From assembly GCA_013265495.1 (NCBI GenBank), contig MU057733.1, forward strand, positions 124,001 to 188,000: a stretch of 64,000 nucleotides of DNA, given 5' to 3'. Below the pieces are notes generated by a model, which had not been told where the DNA came from, did no database searches, and worked only from the letters and a program-made list of their open reading frames with translations. Shown here one piece after another: positions 1 to 12,490 of the stretch (the stretch's first letter is position 1; each line of letters opens with the position of its first letter). The position numbers and the translations under genes are program-made. Source of the stretch: Vicugna vicugna (lineage: Eukaryota).

Positions 1-90
1 GACGTCTCCTGGGTGGTGGACAAGGGGAAACCTACACCTGGAGTGCTGAACTGGACATTTCGGCAGCGATTATGAAGATTTTCGATGTAC
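1..90 (-). other. Candidate exon of an unidentified minus-strand gene (continues beyond the window start)
   Basis: Minus strand reads a pyrimidine tract and acceptor, ATATTTCTCTCCTGCTTCAG|GTACATCG. One frame is open (YIENLHNRCRNVQFSTPGVGFPLSTTQET), but I do not recognise the peptide and it may be UTR. Confidence 0.4.
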
Positions 91-1929
91 CTGAAGCAGG
101 AGAGAAATATGGTTTGCTCAAATGCCATATGGTCGTCAAAGAGAGGATCATTTCCCTATAACCCCGCCCCCCCAATTCATTGTTAAGGAACAGGAGGGAC
201 TGAAAGGCCCTTGAAGTCCCACTCACAACAGCTTTTTCAGGAATCTCGTGTTCTGAGGTAGCTAAATTTTCAGCGATTACTATTTGCCAGGCATATTTAT
301 TGGATTCTCACAGCCCTGTGATTGCAGAGATCTCTCCGTCTGACAGACTCCAGCGCAGCGTTTCTTGTCTGAGGTAACAAGATTCCCAAGCTTTCTTCCA
401 GTGAGAGTCCACACATGCCCGAACATCGATGTGAAAGACATTAGAAGTCCAATGTTTAAGGAGAATCCGCTGCATTCTGGGTCACATCCAGGGCATGGAC
501 AGACAGATCGCTAACTACCCACGCAGATTAAAACTGAGTTACTTTTGGAGGTGGCACAAAAAAATCCCAGAAGCAATGTGTGCCGAAAGCATTACACTTG
601 ACTTTCACACTTTGAAAATTCTTAAAAGAATATAGGATGTGGGAAAGAAGCTCTAAAGATGTTATATTTAATGTTTTTTTTTTTTTTGGTTAAAGCACTT
701 TTTTTTCTGTAGGGGCTGATAATAATAAATACATTTATTAATGTAAACTCTGTGTAAACTCAAGTAAGGATGAGCAGAACTTTTGGTATACTGCTGCTCT
801 GCCATTTGCTTTCTTTGTCCGGCTACCCTACGATCTTACCAGTGTTATTCAGTCTAAAACAACCACTTTTCACTGTTGGGAGAGCATCCCATAAAGTTCC
901 CGGGTTAATTCTTGTTTTCTTTCATTTGCTGCCCACATTAACTCTTGTAAATTAGCAGGTATCTCATAATCAGAGCAGTGGGGGCGGGGGCAGGTAGGAA
1001 GCATGAGAATACACGGCCCCTCAGCTGCCCTGTGCATTTCAAGCACCATTCCACGGTTATTGACGAGACTGACTACACAGGCTTTCGGGATCTGGGTTTC
1101 ATTCATTCATTCATTTCTGCAACAAAACTTGATGGAGTGCTTTCAAGTTGCCAGACACCATGTAGTTAAAGATCAGACAACAGGACTGACCCCAGACTCT
1201 GCTTTCATTGAGCTTTTATTCCATTGAGAGCAAATAGAAAATAAACAAAATGTAGAGATAAGCCACAAGGGGGAGGGTACTCTGTTGCAGAAGACAATAG
1301 AGGATGAGGGAAAGAGTGATGGAGTGTGTGGAGGCGGGGCACATGGAGTGATGGAGTGTGTCTGTGCTGCCAGGTCCCGAAGGCTGCTCTGACTGGGTTT
1401 CCTTTAAACTGAACTCTGCGTGACAAGGAGTCAGGTCAGGCTCTGATCTGCTTGTGCCTCTAATTAGGGGAGAGACTGATGACAAGTCCTTGAAACTCCA
1501 AATCTCAAGAGTTTTCTCTCCAAACTAAGAAACACAACAACTTTATAGAACTGTTAAGAATAATAAAATAATTGGTCAGATAACTTTGTACATGGGAAAA
1601 TGATGACCATATTCAGTTACTGAATTTAGAATGTATCTTAATTATCTCACTAAACACAAAATTAAAAACCAAATAAAGGTCTGTGGTTGTTTGTTTTTCT
1701 TTTTGTTAAACTCCCTTCACCACCCTGGTCCTTCCCCAGCCCCATGGCCCCAGATCAGTCTTCGGTGCTCCTTCTTCCTTAAGATGACTTCCCAGGAATA
1801 GCCCAGCTTCTCCTTTTTCCCTTGTACTTTGCCATTACAGCTTTCTCTCAGTGTCATGCAGGCTATAACTTTCTACTATTCCAATCAAAAACTTTTGTTA
1901 AAAGCTTTGAATCACTGTTCTCCTTTTAC

Positions 1930-2069
1930 TTTTATTTGTTTGTTTGTTTTCGTGGGGGAGGTAAGTAGGTTTATTTTATTTATTTATTCTTAATAGCAGT
2001 ACTGGGGATTGAACCCAGGACCTTGTGCATGCTAGACATGTCCTCTACCACTGAGCTACGCCCTCCCCC
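1930..2069 (-). mobile_element. tRNA-derived SINE (camelid Vic-1-like)
   Basis: Minus strand reads GGGGGAGGGCGTAGCTCAGTGGTAGAG...GGTCCTGGGTTCAATCCCCAGTAC (A and B boxes) with an A-rich tail. 12-bp TSD TTCTCCTTTTAC at 1918-1929 and 2070-2081. Confidence 0.9.
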
Positions 2070-2159
2070 TTCTCCTTTTACCCTTAACATCCTCAAAGTC
2101 CCCTTGGACCCTCTATACAGGCAAGGGCAGAACAAAATTGCATGACTTCTTGACACAAC

Positions 2160-2310
2160 AACTTCCTGCCTGGGTGATGTTCAATGATTTCTCTCTGTGC
2201 GTCTCATCTCTAAAGCAGGGATAATAATAGTCCCCACCTCATAGGATTGCTGTGAGAGCAAGTGGTTCACTGCCTCTGAAGCGCTTCAAATAGTTAAGTA
2301 CTCTGTAAAT
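2160..2310 (+). mobile_element. MIR fragment
   Basis: MIR core motif CTCTGTGC..CTCATCT.TAAA..GGGATAATAATAG..CACCTCATAGGATTGCTGTGAG. Confidence 0.7.
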
Positions 2311-2869
2311 GTTGCCTCTCTTATAACCCATTTCCTGGCTCTGCGCCCTCTTTCTCATCTGTCTCACGCAGGCGTTTGCTATCTCACTTAAGCTGTTGCC
2401 ACTCCCTTGTGTAGAGCACTCCACACAGCCATATACAGAAAGGCCTTAGTTGCCTATAATTCCTGCGTTCACTCACTCCACAAATATTTGTAAAGCACTT
2501 ACTGTGTATGCATCACTGTGCCAGCTGCTACAGCAGATTCCGAAAGTAGGAAACATAGTCTGCCATTAGTAAGGTCAGAATCCAGTTGAAAAAAGGATTC
2601 CTATACGTGCAAAATGCTAAACAACAGTATGGATTAAATGGCCATAAAACTAATACAAGAGGAGTCACAAATTATTACCTGTAAGTTTCCCACTTAGCAA
2701 ACATGCAAGCAGTCCTTTACTTTACTTTCTTAAACATTTACACACATGTTTCCAGGCTTATGCAGTATTTATTCAGTCTTCCCTTTGATCTTTAATCCAA
2801 TCCTCTCATCAGATCTACGGCAGGGTTGTTAGTGCACTGGCTCTGGGGACAGAAGCACCTCTGCTCCGC

Positions 2870-3020
2870 TGCTTGCTGACTGTGAGTTGTTGGGAAAGTT
2901 GCTCATTATAAAATGGGGATAAGATGGCACTTTTGTGGGTTAATTTGAAGACTGAATGATATAATCCATGTAAATGCTTTGATGCAAAGCCTGGCCCTTG
3001 TAAGTGCTCAATAAACATAA
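2870..3020 (+). mobile_element. MIR fragment
   Basis: CTCATTATAAAATGGGGATAAG...CCTGGCCCTTGTAAGTGCTCAATAAA matches the MIR 3' half. Confidence 0.65.
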
Positions 3021-3826
3021 CCGATAAGCATAATTGCTTTTTATAGAGTTCGTACTATGAGAAAATCCATCTAATTCCCAAGGTGTCTAGTCCAGTGCTT
3101 TGTAAACAATGAATAATGAACTGATTTTGTTATTAAACAGGTTATAGACAATGCAAACTCCACAGTCTCCCTCAAGAGTTTATAATACGATACTTTAATA
3201 TTTACTAACATAAGGTATGAAAACTTACAAATATGGATATTGAAATAAGTAGCCAATGTTTTGCCAGCAAGTATTTTATTTCAGAAAATTCTACTGATAT
3301 TATCAAATTTAGTGGTATGTCAGCTACTTATTACCAGGCTCTACGTGAAATAAACAACCTGATCAGATTCTATAGAATGCGAAAAGGATAAAGCAAGGTA
3401 AAAGTTTTTGCCTATAACACACATTTTCTTAAGAAGTAGAGCAGAAATTATTAAACATTTTCCAAATGCTATTTCTCTTTAGAAATTGGATGATAGGCTT
3501 TTCAATAATTGGCATGTCAGGTATCAAAAAACTTCAAATGTGGACCTATAATTAAAATCAGAAATTTGAACCACAGAAACATGTTCTCGATATGTTCCAC
3601 CATTTTTGTCCTTTCTTTGAATCTTTTACTTCTCTATTGCTTCCATATATATATATATATTCTGCTTACTGTAAATATTTTATACTGAGACTCAGTGACT
3701 ATATAAGACTTATAATGATAAATTGCTATAGGCTGCTGCTTTGGGGTAAATCTAGGAATCTAAGGAAGCATACAGATGGTCCTTCCCTTCCCCTGCTCCA
3801 ATGGAGCCTGAGCTGTAATAACTCAC

Positions 3827-3923
3827 CTTTTCCATTGTTGGAAATTAAATCTGCCTCCAAAAAGCAATTTTGGTTTTATGAAGCCCAAGTTTATAGAACT
3901 TCTGAGATCATTCCCAGGATCCT
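3827..3923 (-). other. Candidate 97-nt internal exon (minus-strand transcript)
   Basis: Acceptor ATTCTTCGATAATTCATTTTCCAG| and consensus donor AAG|GTGAGT (ACTCAC at 3821-3826). Confidence 0.4.
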
Positions 3924-6420
3924 CTGGAAAATGAATTATCGAAGAATTGATACCCGAATCAGAAACAGTGAGCCTTCCTGGGCTCAGGCATGTCAGGCCG
4001 GTAGCTCGGAAGCAGCGGGCAGGAGGGATGGCCGAGGGGTCTCGTCGTGGTGCAGGGGAGGTGGGAGGATGAGTCTCCCTCTTCAGGCCGGAGCAGCCAG
4101 GGGCTGAGGTTCCCTGCACACAGTGCCTCAGTGTCCCGGGGATGTCCTGATGCTTCTACATCTATTAAATGCCAGATACTAAATTATTAAACTGGAAACT
4201 GGACAGTCCTATAGAGGTGCCAACCCCAAGCTACCAGGGTTGAAATCAAAGGAACATTTCTCCCATCTAACCTGAAGAGCTGAGGAAAGGGAGAAAAAAT
4301 GAGCTGAGTCAGACTGCTGCTTGCATTTTATTAAACTTGGATGTGAAATCTGTGCTTTGTGAAATCATTGCATTCTACACTTTGCATTTTCTTTACTTCC
4401 CCTTAGTTTCATAAGAAAAATACTTTTTATTTGAAATCCATGGGGAGTCTTTGTGACCTCACACTCTTAAGAGTGACTTCTGTTGAAGCAACTAACCAAA
4501 GCAGATATTTGTGGAAAAACAATGGTATATTTGCTTTATTTTCTCATCGAAAGTGGAGGGGTTGAGGAAGGGCTTTGTGGAAGAACGAGGAGACTGTTAA
4601 TTAAATGATGGAGAAATGTGAATTAAGAGCACCAAGTGTGTTCACTTCTGTAAACATAACCCAGAGTGGAATATTCTGTCAAATGTGATGATCAAAGCCA
4701 AGTCAACACTTCAGGCAAAAATGACACTTCTTTCTTAGCTTTATGAGGTAGAATCCTGTAGGCTGCATCCCTTCAAACATCTTTCAAAGCGTAATCTTTT
4801 CTCAGAAGTACTCAGCCTCAAGTGTGAATTTAAAGTGATATTGAGACATAAAACTCAAGCTGTCACACCTGTGCGTTTACTGAACTTTTTATAGATGTGT
4901 ATTTACTGGGCAGCCACTGACGTTGTCTTCCTTGAGTACGTGCTGTTCTGTGCCCCCGGAGGTTCTGCTGCCTCTGCGTCGGTTGCCTTAAATGTCAAGG
5001 CTGCTGCTGTACAAGCCCTCCTATCTCAGCAGGCCTTTGGCAAACCCACTGGCATTAATAAAGAAGCAAAAAGTTTGTGGGGAACAGAGTGAGGATACTG
5101 TCGCGTCCTTTTAATGCAAGAACCACGTCCGCATTGTCTGCCTCGATGCTGAGCTCGCACGTAGCTTGGAACACGGAATGCCAGCTAGTCACACAATTGT
5201 GGAGAGATGCAAAGTCACTGTATAATTACTGTTGTGTTCAAAGGAATTAGCATGTAGTTACTATGAACAACATGTTCTATTTTGTGGAAACTATGCAATT
5301 AACTTCTCTTAGGCTAATAAATTCAACGTAGCAGAGGCTCATATGACAGCTGCTTGGAAGGCAGGGCTGTCTGGCAATGCCTTTATTGAGAGCACTTTGA
5401 ACTTAGTAGCCTCTCGACTCAATGCACTCTTCTGCTTTAGGGAAGTTATGCACATGCCCCTCATTTACTAAACGGGTATTTTAGGAAGTTTGAATATATT
5501 TGGTTATGGGAGGGAAGGTGAGGCAGAAGGAGGAAAAACAGCGAAATGATGCTAAATCATTAGACACTAATTTGGAGTTGAATTAGAATGGCAGTAAGAC
5601 CTATGACTCTATACCATGAGTCCACGCTTGCACACGACACTTGCAGAAATGCAGATTATAGGCAATGTATTAGGAATACATCTACTGCAATTAGGAAGGC
5701 ACCCTGTACCATGCCCAAGAGGTTCTTGATTATTTACAACAGCTTATAAGACTCTTTAACTCCTCTTTCTCTGTCTTCTGCCCATTCAGATTTTAATGAT
5801 AGTAATTGGCCTAGATTTGGCTGAAAAAGAGGAAACAGTCCTCAATTTCATCAATGCCATGGAGGGTTTGAGAGGGTTTTGAAGGAGTCTGCTGATGGCC
5901 TTTGGGCGTCTTTTAGAATTCAGCTTCGATGTGTTTTGAGAAGACCTAGTGTCTCCCAGCTTAGCCAAGAATGGCCAGGGCTGGGGGGCTGAAGTGGTGG
6001 TGCCAGCTCCGACGTGGGTGCAGCAGGCCTGGGGTCCAGAAGGCCTCCCAGCTTCCAGCCAGGGGCCTTCCTTTAGCGTGTTTCTGGGAGAGAAGGGAAA
6101 GTCCCCTCTGCCATGTGGCAGGGCTCCTAACTCTGGTTGGGGTGTGGTTACATGTTAGGCTCAATGACTGGAAGGAAGGAGCTTCTTTCCCTGTAACTTG
6201 AGCTTGACTGGAAATCATAACATTGTGTGTCTTATCTCAACATCTGCCAGCAACCTAAGAAATGGTCCATTCACTCACGGAGGCAGGAATAAGGCGTTCT
6301 TATTTAGAAATAGCTCCTCCTGCTTAACTTTCCTGCAATTGTCCACCCCCTCTCGATCTTACACAGGTTATGTGAAAGCAGACGGGAAGAAGGTTAGATC
6401 TGACTGGAAATGAGGAAGAA

Positions 6421-6785
6421 GCAGTAACTTCTCAGGCATCCACGTACCAGTGTCCCCAGGCAACTGTGTAAAGACTTCATACCAAATATTTGATGTTTGA
6501 TCAAATCTTCTACATGTGTGTTGGAGTCTTTTCCTTTGTAACAAGGTACATTCAATAGAGTAAAGTGTCACTTCATGGTTTTTCACTGAAGTAAGATCCA
6601 GCGGCCAGTCTAAAAGCAAAAGGGACTGTAGAACAGATAGCATTTTTCTTGATTATTTTTATGTTTAAAGGTGAAATATAGACAATTAATTTTTGAATTA
6701 AAGAGAAATCTTATTCCTAACTGTGACATACTTTTAGGAGAATGTTAAATTGTATAAATATGGCAAATAAAAAAATGGCTACATA
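6421..6785 (+). repeat. Left arm of a ~365-bp inverted duplication (partner 9418-9785)
   Basis: Aligns by eye along its length to the reverse complement of 9418-9785, e.g. CCAGTGTCCCCAGGCAA and GGTTTTTCACTGAAGTAAG...CAGATAGCATTTTTC. Confidence 0.9.
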
Positions 6786-6880
6786 TCTTTAGCAGAATGT
6801 AATTATTGAATATTTTGTATAAAAATTAATTTTGTAGATCAAGAGTATTTATTTAGGTTAAATTATTCTATGAATTGATT

Positions 6881-7029
6881 AAAAATTTGTTTTGTTTCTT
6901 TTATCTGTTTGAGGTGGGGGGAGGTAATTAGGTTTTTAAAATTAATTAATTAATGGAGGTACTGAGGATTGAACCCAGGACCTTGTGAATGTTAAGCACA
7001 CACTCTAACCTTGAGTTCCACCCTCCCCC
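6881..7029 (-). mobile_element. tRNA-derived SINE (camelid Vic-1-like)
   Basis: GGAGGTACTGAGGATTGAACCCAGGACC...CCCTCCCCC, flanked by near-identical TCTATGAATTGATT / TCTCTGAATTGATT (TSD). Confidence 0.85.
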
Positions 7030-7197
7030 ACTCTCTGAATTGATTTTATTATCTATTTTCACTCCTGAATTTGCCATATTCGAAAAATGATCCAGATATG
7101 TATTTTTGTTTAGTAGTACATCAATGGTATTTTAATGATTCTTAGCAAATAATTAAATATAATTTTACCCACTGTGGTGTATGCTACATTTACTTAC

Positions 7198-7256
7198 CTT
7201 CTTTCAGCTCAAAATTGAAAGAGAAAATTCATCTTCAGGTGATTCTTGAAAAATGT
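7198..7256 (-). other. Candidate 59-nt non-coding exon (minus-strand transcript)
   Basis: Consensus donor AAG|GTAAGT and acceptor TTTTTACCTTTATGTTGATGACAG|. Stops in all three frames, so UTR or lncRNA if real. Confidence 0.35.
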
Positions 7257-9417
7257 CTGTCATCAACATAAAGGTAAAAATGGTTTCATCTATTCAGCGT
7301 TTTATTAAGAAGTAATAATCTTTGAATTTCTTCTACCGATTTATTTTCTTTATTTATTACAGAGACTCTTTTTGAGTACTAAACAGGGAAATTCATACCC
7401 CAGGTCGCATATATTCTGATATTTCTTTAGACGTTATTGAGAAAAGAAAGACACAGGGAGCTTACTGCTCAGAGAAGACGGAGGGGATGGCACTCCCGCT
7501 ATGGTGAAAGCTCACAGGCCGACTGGGGAAAGAGGTGCGGGACAGACCTGGGCTCTGTGTGCTTCCGGTGGCGCGTTGGGCAATTGCCCAGCAGCCCTCA
7601 CTCTCCCTTTTCTCACTTCAAAAGTAAGATAGTACCTAAATCAAAAAGCAGTTATGAGAAATAAACTAAATGGTTTACTATATCTAGAGCACTTGGTAGA
7701 TATTACCATCATTTTTGATATTATTACAATGGTGGATATTATCAATGTGAAGCTTCTAGACCCTTCCCTAAGGGGAAATTATGCTCTGCTTAGATTATTT
7801 GTGATTATGAATATATCTGGTTAGAAAAGCAGCTGGATGTGATTAATGGGAAAAAGTCTTCCGGATGCACAGTTTGGTTAGCTGATTACAAAATGGAAGG
7901 ATTATAAAAGTATGTAGCGTTTGTAAGATTCAGTGGCTTCAAAGCAAGTAGATTAAAAAAAGTGTCCTGCAAGCCTTTCTATATTCTCCAGCACAGGTGA
8001 TTGCCTCAGGCAGAAAAATTCAACAGGCAGAAAATGTCACAGAAACATATCATAGCCTCCCATGGCACATGCATGTAGTTTTGTAACGATAAAAATTACA
8101 TTACTTTTACTTATGGAACTCTTACCTCTATTTATCCCTCCTTTGATTGGGATCATGTCTCATTCACTTTTGTATACTAACAATATGCCTGGTATTTAGT
8201 AGGCTCTCAATACCAATATTTATCCTCGCTGAATAAAATAAGTGACTGAATAAGTAAGTAAATGGGTGGGGAGATAACCACTGTCCTTTAAGGACACCCT
8301 TGGATGTGTTTCTTGTATGTTCAACTATTTTCCTCCATGACTTAGTGGCTGATTAAAGCTACCAGTTTTCCCCTGTCTCCACTGATGCTGGGAAGAGCTG
8401 TTAGTTGTTTATTCATACCTGTGCAATCCCTTCTCTCATTGCTCAATAAACTACCAAACTGTTGAGAAGGGCTAGTTATAAAGCATCAATCATTCTTTCA
8501 GTGCAGTGATGGTTTTCAACTGTATTTTGAGAAATATGAAGTTTTGAGGCTGCTTAGGGGCAAAGTTGGGCTGGAATCTAATGCAGGGAGATAAAGGAAA
8601 GGGGGCAGAGAAGTCCCAGCTCATGACAGCATCACCTCATCTCCTCAGACAGAGTAGTTTTGCTTTCATCTGTTCTATAAATTGAGACTGCATGCACGAT
8701 TCTGCTTGAGGTACAGAATGCACTGCTAAAAAGCTTGAAGCCTGAGTTCATGATTATGCAAAGTATTAGATAGAAAGATTTACCTTCTAAAGTCAGTGCT
8801 AGAAGACAAGCTTGAGTTCTTCTAACACCCAGGTTAACTGTTGAGTCAGCAAAGCAAAACATATTAAAAAGGTGGTGTTGAGAGATAATCCTGGCAAAGC
8901 TGGAGGCCTTCTGAGCAAAGAGCATTGACAGCTTTGTTCAAGGAGATTTGCAAAGCTGCTCCAGGCAGGGCATAGATTTGCTTATTCTCCAGAAGGATGA
9001 AGCCAGTTTCCCACCATCCTTGGAAATAGTCCAGGGTGATAAAAATAATGTCTTTCTCTGAGTCAGAAGGCAGATTTGTTTCCTGATCAAGATGATTGAG
9101 ATAATGTCTCTCTCTCTCTGTAGGGGTGGATGGACAGGTTTACCAGCTGCTCCTTTAACAGACTGGAGTTTCTCTTGCTTTGACACAGCTGTCATGACTG
9201 TGTGCAGTGTCCACCGGGGCTGCCTCTGTATTGTGGACATGAAACTGGGGGGCAAGATGAACCAAAGTGAGTATGAAACTCATGCCACCTGCTGGGCTGT
9301 GTGTCACAAGCTGTGCAAATGCACGTGCGCTCATTGCCCCCTTGCTGGCTGCATCCACAAGGGGCCAGCAAGCTGACCCATCAGGACATGCTTGGCAGCT
9401 TGAAAGATAGCACCTAA

Positions 9418-9785
9418 ATGTAGAAGAGCTCTATTTGCCATATTTACACAATTTAAGTTTCAGCTATAAGCCTGTCTACACAGCCAGGAATACGACTTCT
9501 CTTTAGTTTAAAGGTTAATTGTCTCTATTTCACTTTTAAAGTAAAAAAATAATCATGAAAAATGCTATCTGTCTTACAGTCCCTTTTGTTTTTAGACTGG
9601 CCCCTGGGCCTTACTTCAGTGAAAAACCATAAAATGACACTTTATTGAATGTAGTCTGTCACAAAGAAAGAGAAAACACTCCAACACACGTGCAGAAGAT
9701 TCGATCAAATGTAAAACATTTGGTTTGACGTCTTTACACCATTGCCTGGGGACACTGGCTCATGGATGTCTGAGGAGTGACTGCC
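9418..9785 (-). repeat. Right arm of the ~365-bp inverted duplication (partner 6421-6785)
   Basis: Its reverse complement aligns to 6421-6785, roughly 80% identical by eye. I counted 7 mismatches in an 84-nt core. Confidence 0.9.
9615..9655 (-). other. Candidate 41-nt exon inside the right inverted-repeat arm
   Basis: Strong acceptor GTGTTTTCTCTTTCTTTGTGACAG|ACTAC and donor GAA|GTAAGG. Confidence 0.35.
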
Positions 9786-9891
9786 CTTAGTCATGCGACA
9801 GACTTTAGTAACAGTATTCACTCATTTGGGTGAAGGTGTGCTCTGTGTACAGCTATATTCAAAGCAAAATTATTATTGTTAGTATTTCTCC

Positions 9892-10266
9892 TGTTGCAGC
9901 AAAGTGTGTTACAGCTCAGTTGTGACAGCGAACTGGATCCTGACGAGAGATCAAGCAGCACTCAGAGGGTTGGAGAACTCAGGTTTATTACACCGGCAAG
10001 CCCAGAGTTGTTTACACTCCAAGCTCTGTACCCTGTCTATAGGTTTACACAGGCTTTTATAGGCTGCAAGTCTAGACTTTGCAACAGCATATGTGAATAA
10101 GGTGTAACAAAGTGGACCAATCAAGAATGAGCTTTGTAGAAATGGACCTATCAGGAGTGAGGTTTATGCAAATGAGGTGTTACAAATGGACCAATCAGGA
10201 GTTAGCTCAGGGAACCAATAGAATCTTAGGGATAAGTTCCATTTTCCTATAATACGCTGTACTACA
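9892..10266 (-). mobile_element. Solo ERV LTR
   Basis: TG...CA ends. Minus strand shows repeated CCAAT-type boxes (~10115-10220), then TATAAAA (~10056), then AATAAA (~9984). TSD not resolved, so ends are approximate. Confidence 0.7.
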
Positions 10267-10469
10267 GAAGCAAAAAGTGAGATAATGCCACTTGGCCAGG
10301 GAACCAGATGGTGCTGGCAGGAAAACAGTGGCCCTGCCTGGGGGTCCTGCCAGTCTTCTCATGGGGCTTCCTACCTCACTCCCTCTGCTAGCTTGAGGAG
10401 CAGTTTTTAAGAAAAATATATATATCCACCAAAGTAAATATTTTGAATATGAGATCCTTGCCAACTTCT

Positions 10470-10655
10470 AAGAACCGTGTTCCTCAAGTTTTAATGCATA
10501 GAAGAATCACGTGGAGAGCCCACTGAAAAAGCAGATGCTGGGCACAGCCCCGGGGGAACCACATTCAGTGGGTCTGCCGAGCAACGCTGCCTGGTAAGAG
10601 GACTTTTGTGATTCTGATTTTGCTGGAAAGGGTCACACTTTAAGAAACACGATTT
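10470..10655. mobile_element. MER5A-like hAT-Charlie relic
   Basis: TCCTCAAGTTTTAATGCATAGAAGAATCACGTGGAG...ATTCAGTGGGTCTG...GTGATTCTGAT...CACACTTTAAGAAACAC. Confidence 0.65.
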
Positions 10656-11284
10656 TAAAAGACCAACTGGGTCTTTTAAAATTTTTTACTTAAAAAAGCA
10701 GATGAAATCCACAATTTTCTTGAAATCCTGAAGGTTTGATTGGGGAGGCAGATAGGGAAAAGCAGGGGGTCCACATTCTGATACATTAACTCAGCTCTTC
10801 ACCCCTACTTCAGTATTAAAATCCTGAAACCACCTCGGGATTTCCTGTATAGGGACCCCGCTGTATATCTTTCTTTAAATTTTATTTCTATCAATAATAG
10901 CAAGGTGTTCCTGTCACAACTAGTCCAGAATTTATTCACCCTCGGGCCAAGTCATTCTTTAGTATAGTGTCTTAGGCAGTAAATCATCTTTAAGTAAGTG
11001 CCTTGGTGTAGAAAGCAGATTTGCCGTGCCAATCTGAAACTAGACTAAGCCTGCCCACTTGCCAAAAGACTAAAAGCACTGCTGTAAGGCTCTCCAGCCC
11101 TTTTATTTACATGACTGCCATGACTTTCACCTCTGGGCAGCCTTCTGGAATTCTCTATGTGGGCTCCTACTCATTTATTTTAGGGTGAACTTGTGGTACA
11201 TAAATTAATTCTAACACCTACTTGGCTAACCCTGAAACCTAGTTAGTTGCGTCTTATGGGCTCACTTTTGTCCTCCGCAAAATT

Positions 11285-11600
11285 TATAGTTTGAATTTTG
11301 AAGCCCTGCTCTTAGTACCGCAAAACATGATGGTATTTGAAGATCAAGTCTTTCAATAGTAATTAAGTTAAAGTGAAGAAGAGGAAATTTGGACACAGAC
11401 ATCTCAGAAGAGCCTGTGAAGACAGGAAGAAGATGAACACCGACAAGCTCAGGAGAGAGGCCTCTGAAGAAACCAGCCCTGCACGCCTCTTGGTCTCTGT
11501 GGGCCTCCAGCCCTCAGAGCCGTAAGAATATGAATGTCTGATGTGTAAGCCCCAGTCAGGGGGACTTTGCTGTAGCTGCCCGAGCAGATGAAGACGTTGT
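11285..11600 (+). mobile_element. MLT1 (ERVL-MaLR) LTR
   Basis: GAAATTTGGACACAGAC...AGGAGAGAGGCCTCTGAAGAAACCAGCCCTG...GCCTCCAG...TGTAAGCC are MLT1A/B motifs. Confidence 0.75.
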
Positions 11601-11814
11601 TTAAGGGGCTCTCAGGGCAGGCCAGTCACACGTTAGAGTGCAGTCAGTGTTAGAGGGCACCTTGGCGATGCAAATTCCTATTACGATTCCTGTTTTACTC
11701 TAGTTGCTAAGTCTTTTCCAATTACTACCTGAGGATCTCAGCCTTAAGCAACAGAACTACTATGTTGTCTCAGTGGGTATTTCCCTCACCCAAGGTATCT
11801 AGTGGCAGATAGAT

Positions 11815-12140
11815 TTGATTTACTTATTCAATAAATATTTTTTGGCTGCCTACCATGTGCCAAGAATTGTATATTCTAGGTAACTGGGGATCTGGCAATT
11901 TGAACTAAACAAAGTTTGGACACTCATGAAACTTACATTGTGTGTGTGTGTGTGTGTGTGTAAGGCAGGGACGTTATATACACTTAAATAAATATATAAT
12001 GTGTCAAGTGGAAATAAAGCACAGTAAGGGATAAAGAAAGATTGCATTTGAGGGCAAAGATTGGGAGTATTTTATAAAGGATGGTCAGAAGGGTGTCTCT
12101 GAGAAGGTAACCTTTATGAAGAGTCTGCAGGAAGTGGGGG
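11815..12140 (-). mobile_element. L2 3' fragment containing a (TG)n microsatellite (~11938-11960)
   Basis: TTATTCAATAAATATTTT..GCCTACCATGTGCCAAG is an antisense L2 tail, followed by GGTCAGAAGGGTGTCTCTGAGAAGGTAAC. Confidence 0.65.
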
Positions 12141-12142
12141 AT

Positions 12143-12490
12143 GTGTAGCTGCAGATGTTTGCCACCCAGATCCCCCTTCAAGGAAGGATTCCAGGTGCTG
12201 GAGAGCATCCAGGGAAGGCCTCTGCAGGGAGGAGCTTCTCTCAAGGCTGCGTCCTTCCTGAGGGCTGCCATGTGCAACGACTCACTAAGGCGGGGATGTC
12301 GAAGCCCAAACAGGACCTACTGGACAGGAGATTCCTGTCTCAGTCTCCCCCGGGGGCTAGCTGAGGCTGCTCCCCCTACCTCATTTCCTTCGCCCCCTTT
12401 CCACAGGGGATTCCAAGAACACCTCCCATAAACATCTAATGGTAAGAAGTCTGTTTCAGAGTGGGCCTCCAGGGAACCCACCTTGTGACA
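12143..12490 (+). mobile_element. LTR16-like ERVL LTR
   Basis: Starts TGTAGCTGCAG...CCCAGATCCCCCTTCA and ends GGGAACCCACCTTGTGACA, typical of LTR16 termini. Confidence 0.65.

Noticed and set aside
870..1106. 78-aa minus-strand ORF (MNETQIPKAC...)
   Set aside because: No recognisable domain or splice context, and its length is expected by chance.
5790..5885. Plus-strand acceptor-like site followed by a short open frame (ILMIVIGLDLAEKEETVLNF...)
   Set aside because: Ends in a stop, the peptide is unrecognised, and I found no supporting plus-strand exons.
10653..10680. Hairpin TTTAAAAGACC-AACTG-GGTCTTTTAAA resembling a terminator
   Set aside because: An AT-rich 11-bp stem at the edge of a MER5 relic in mammalian DNA, where bacterial-type terminators do not apply.
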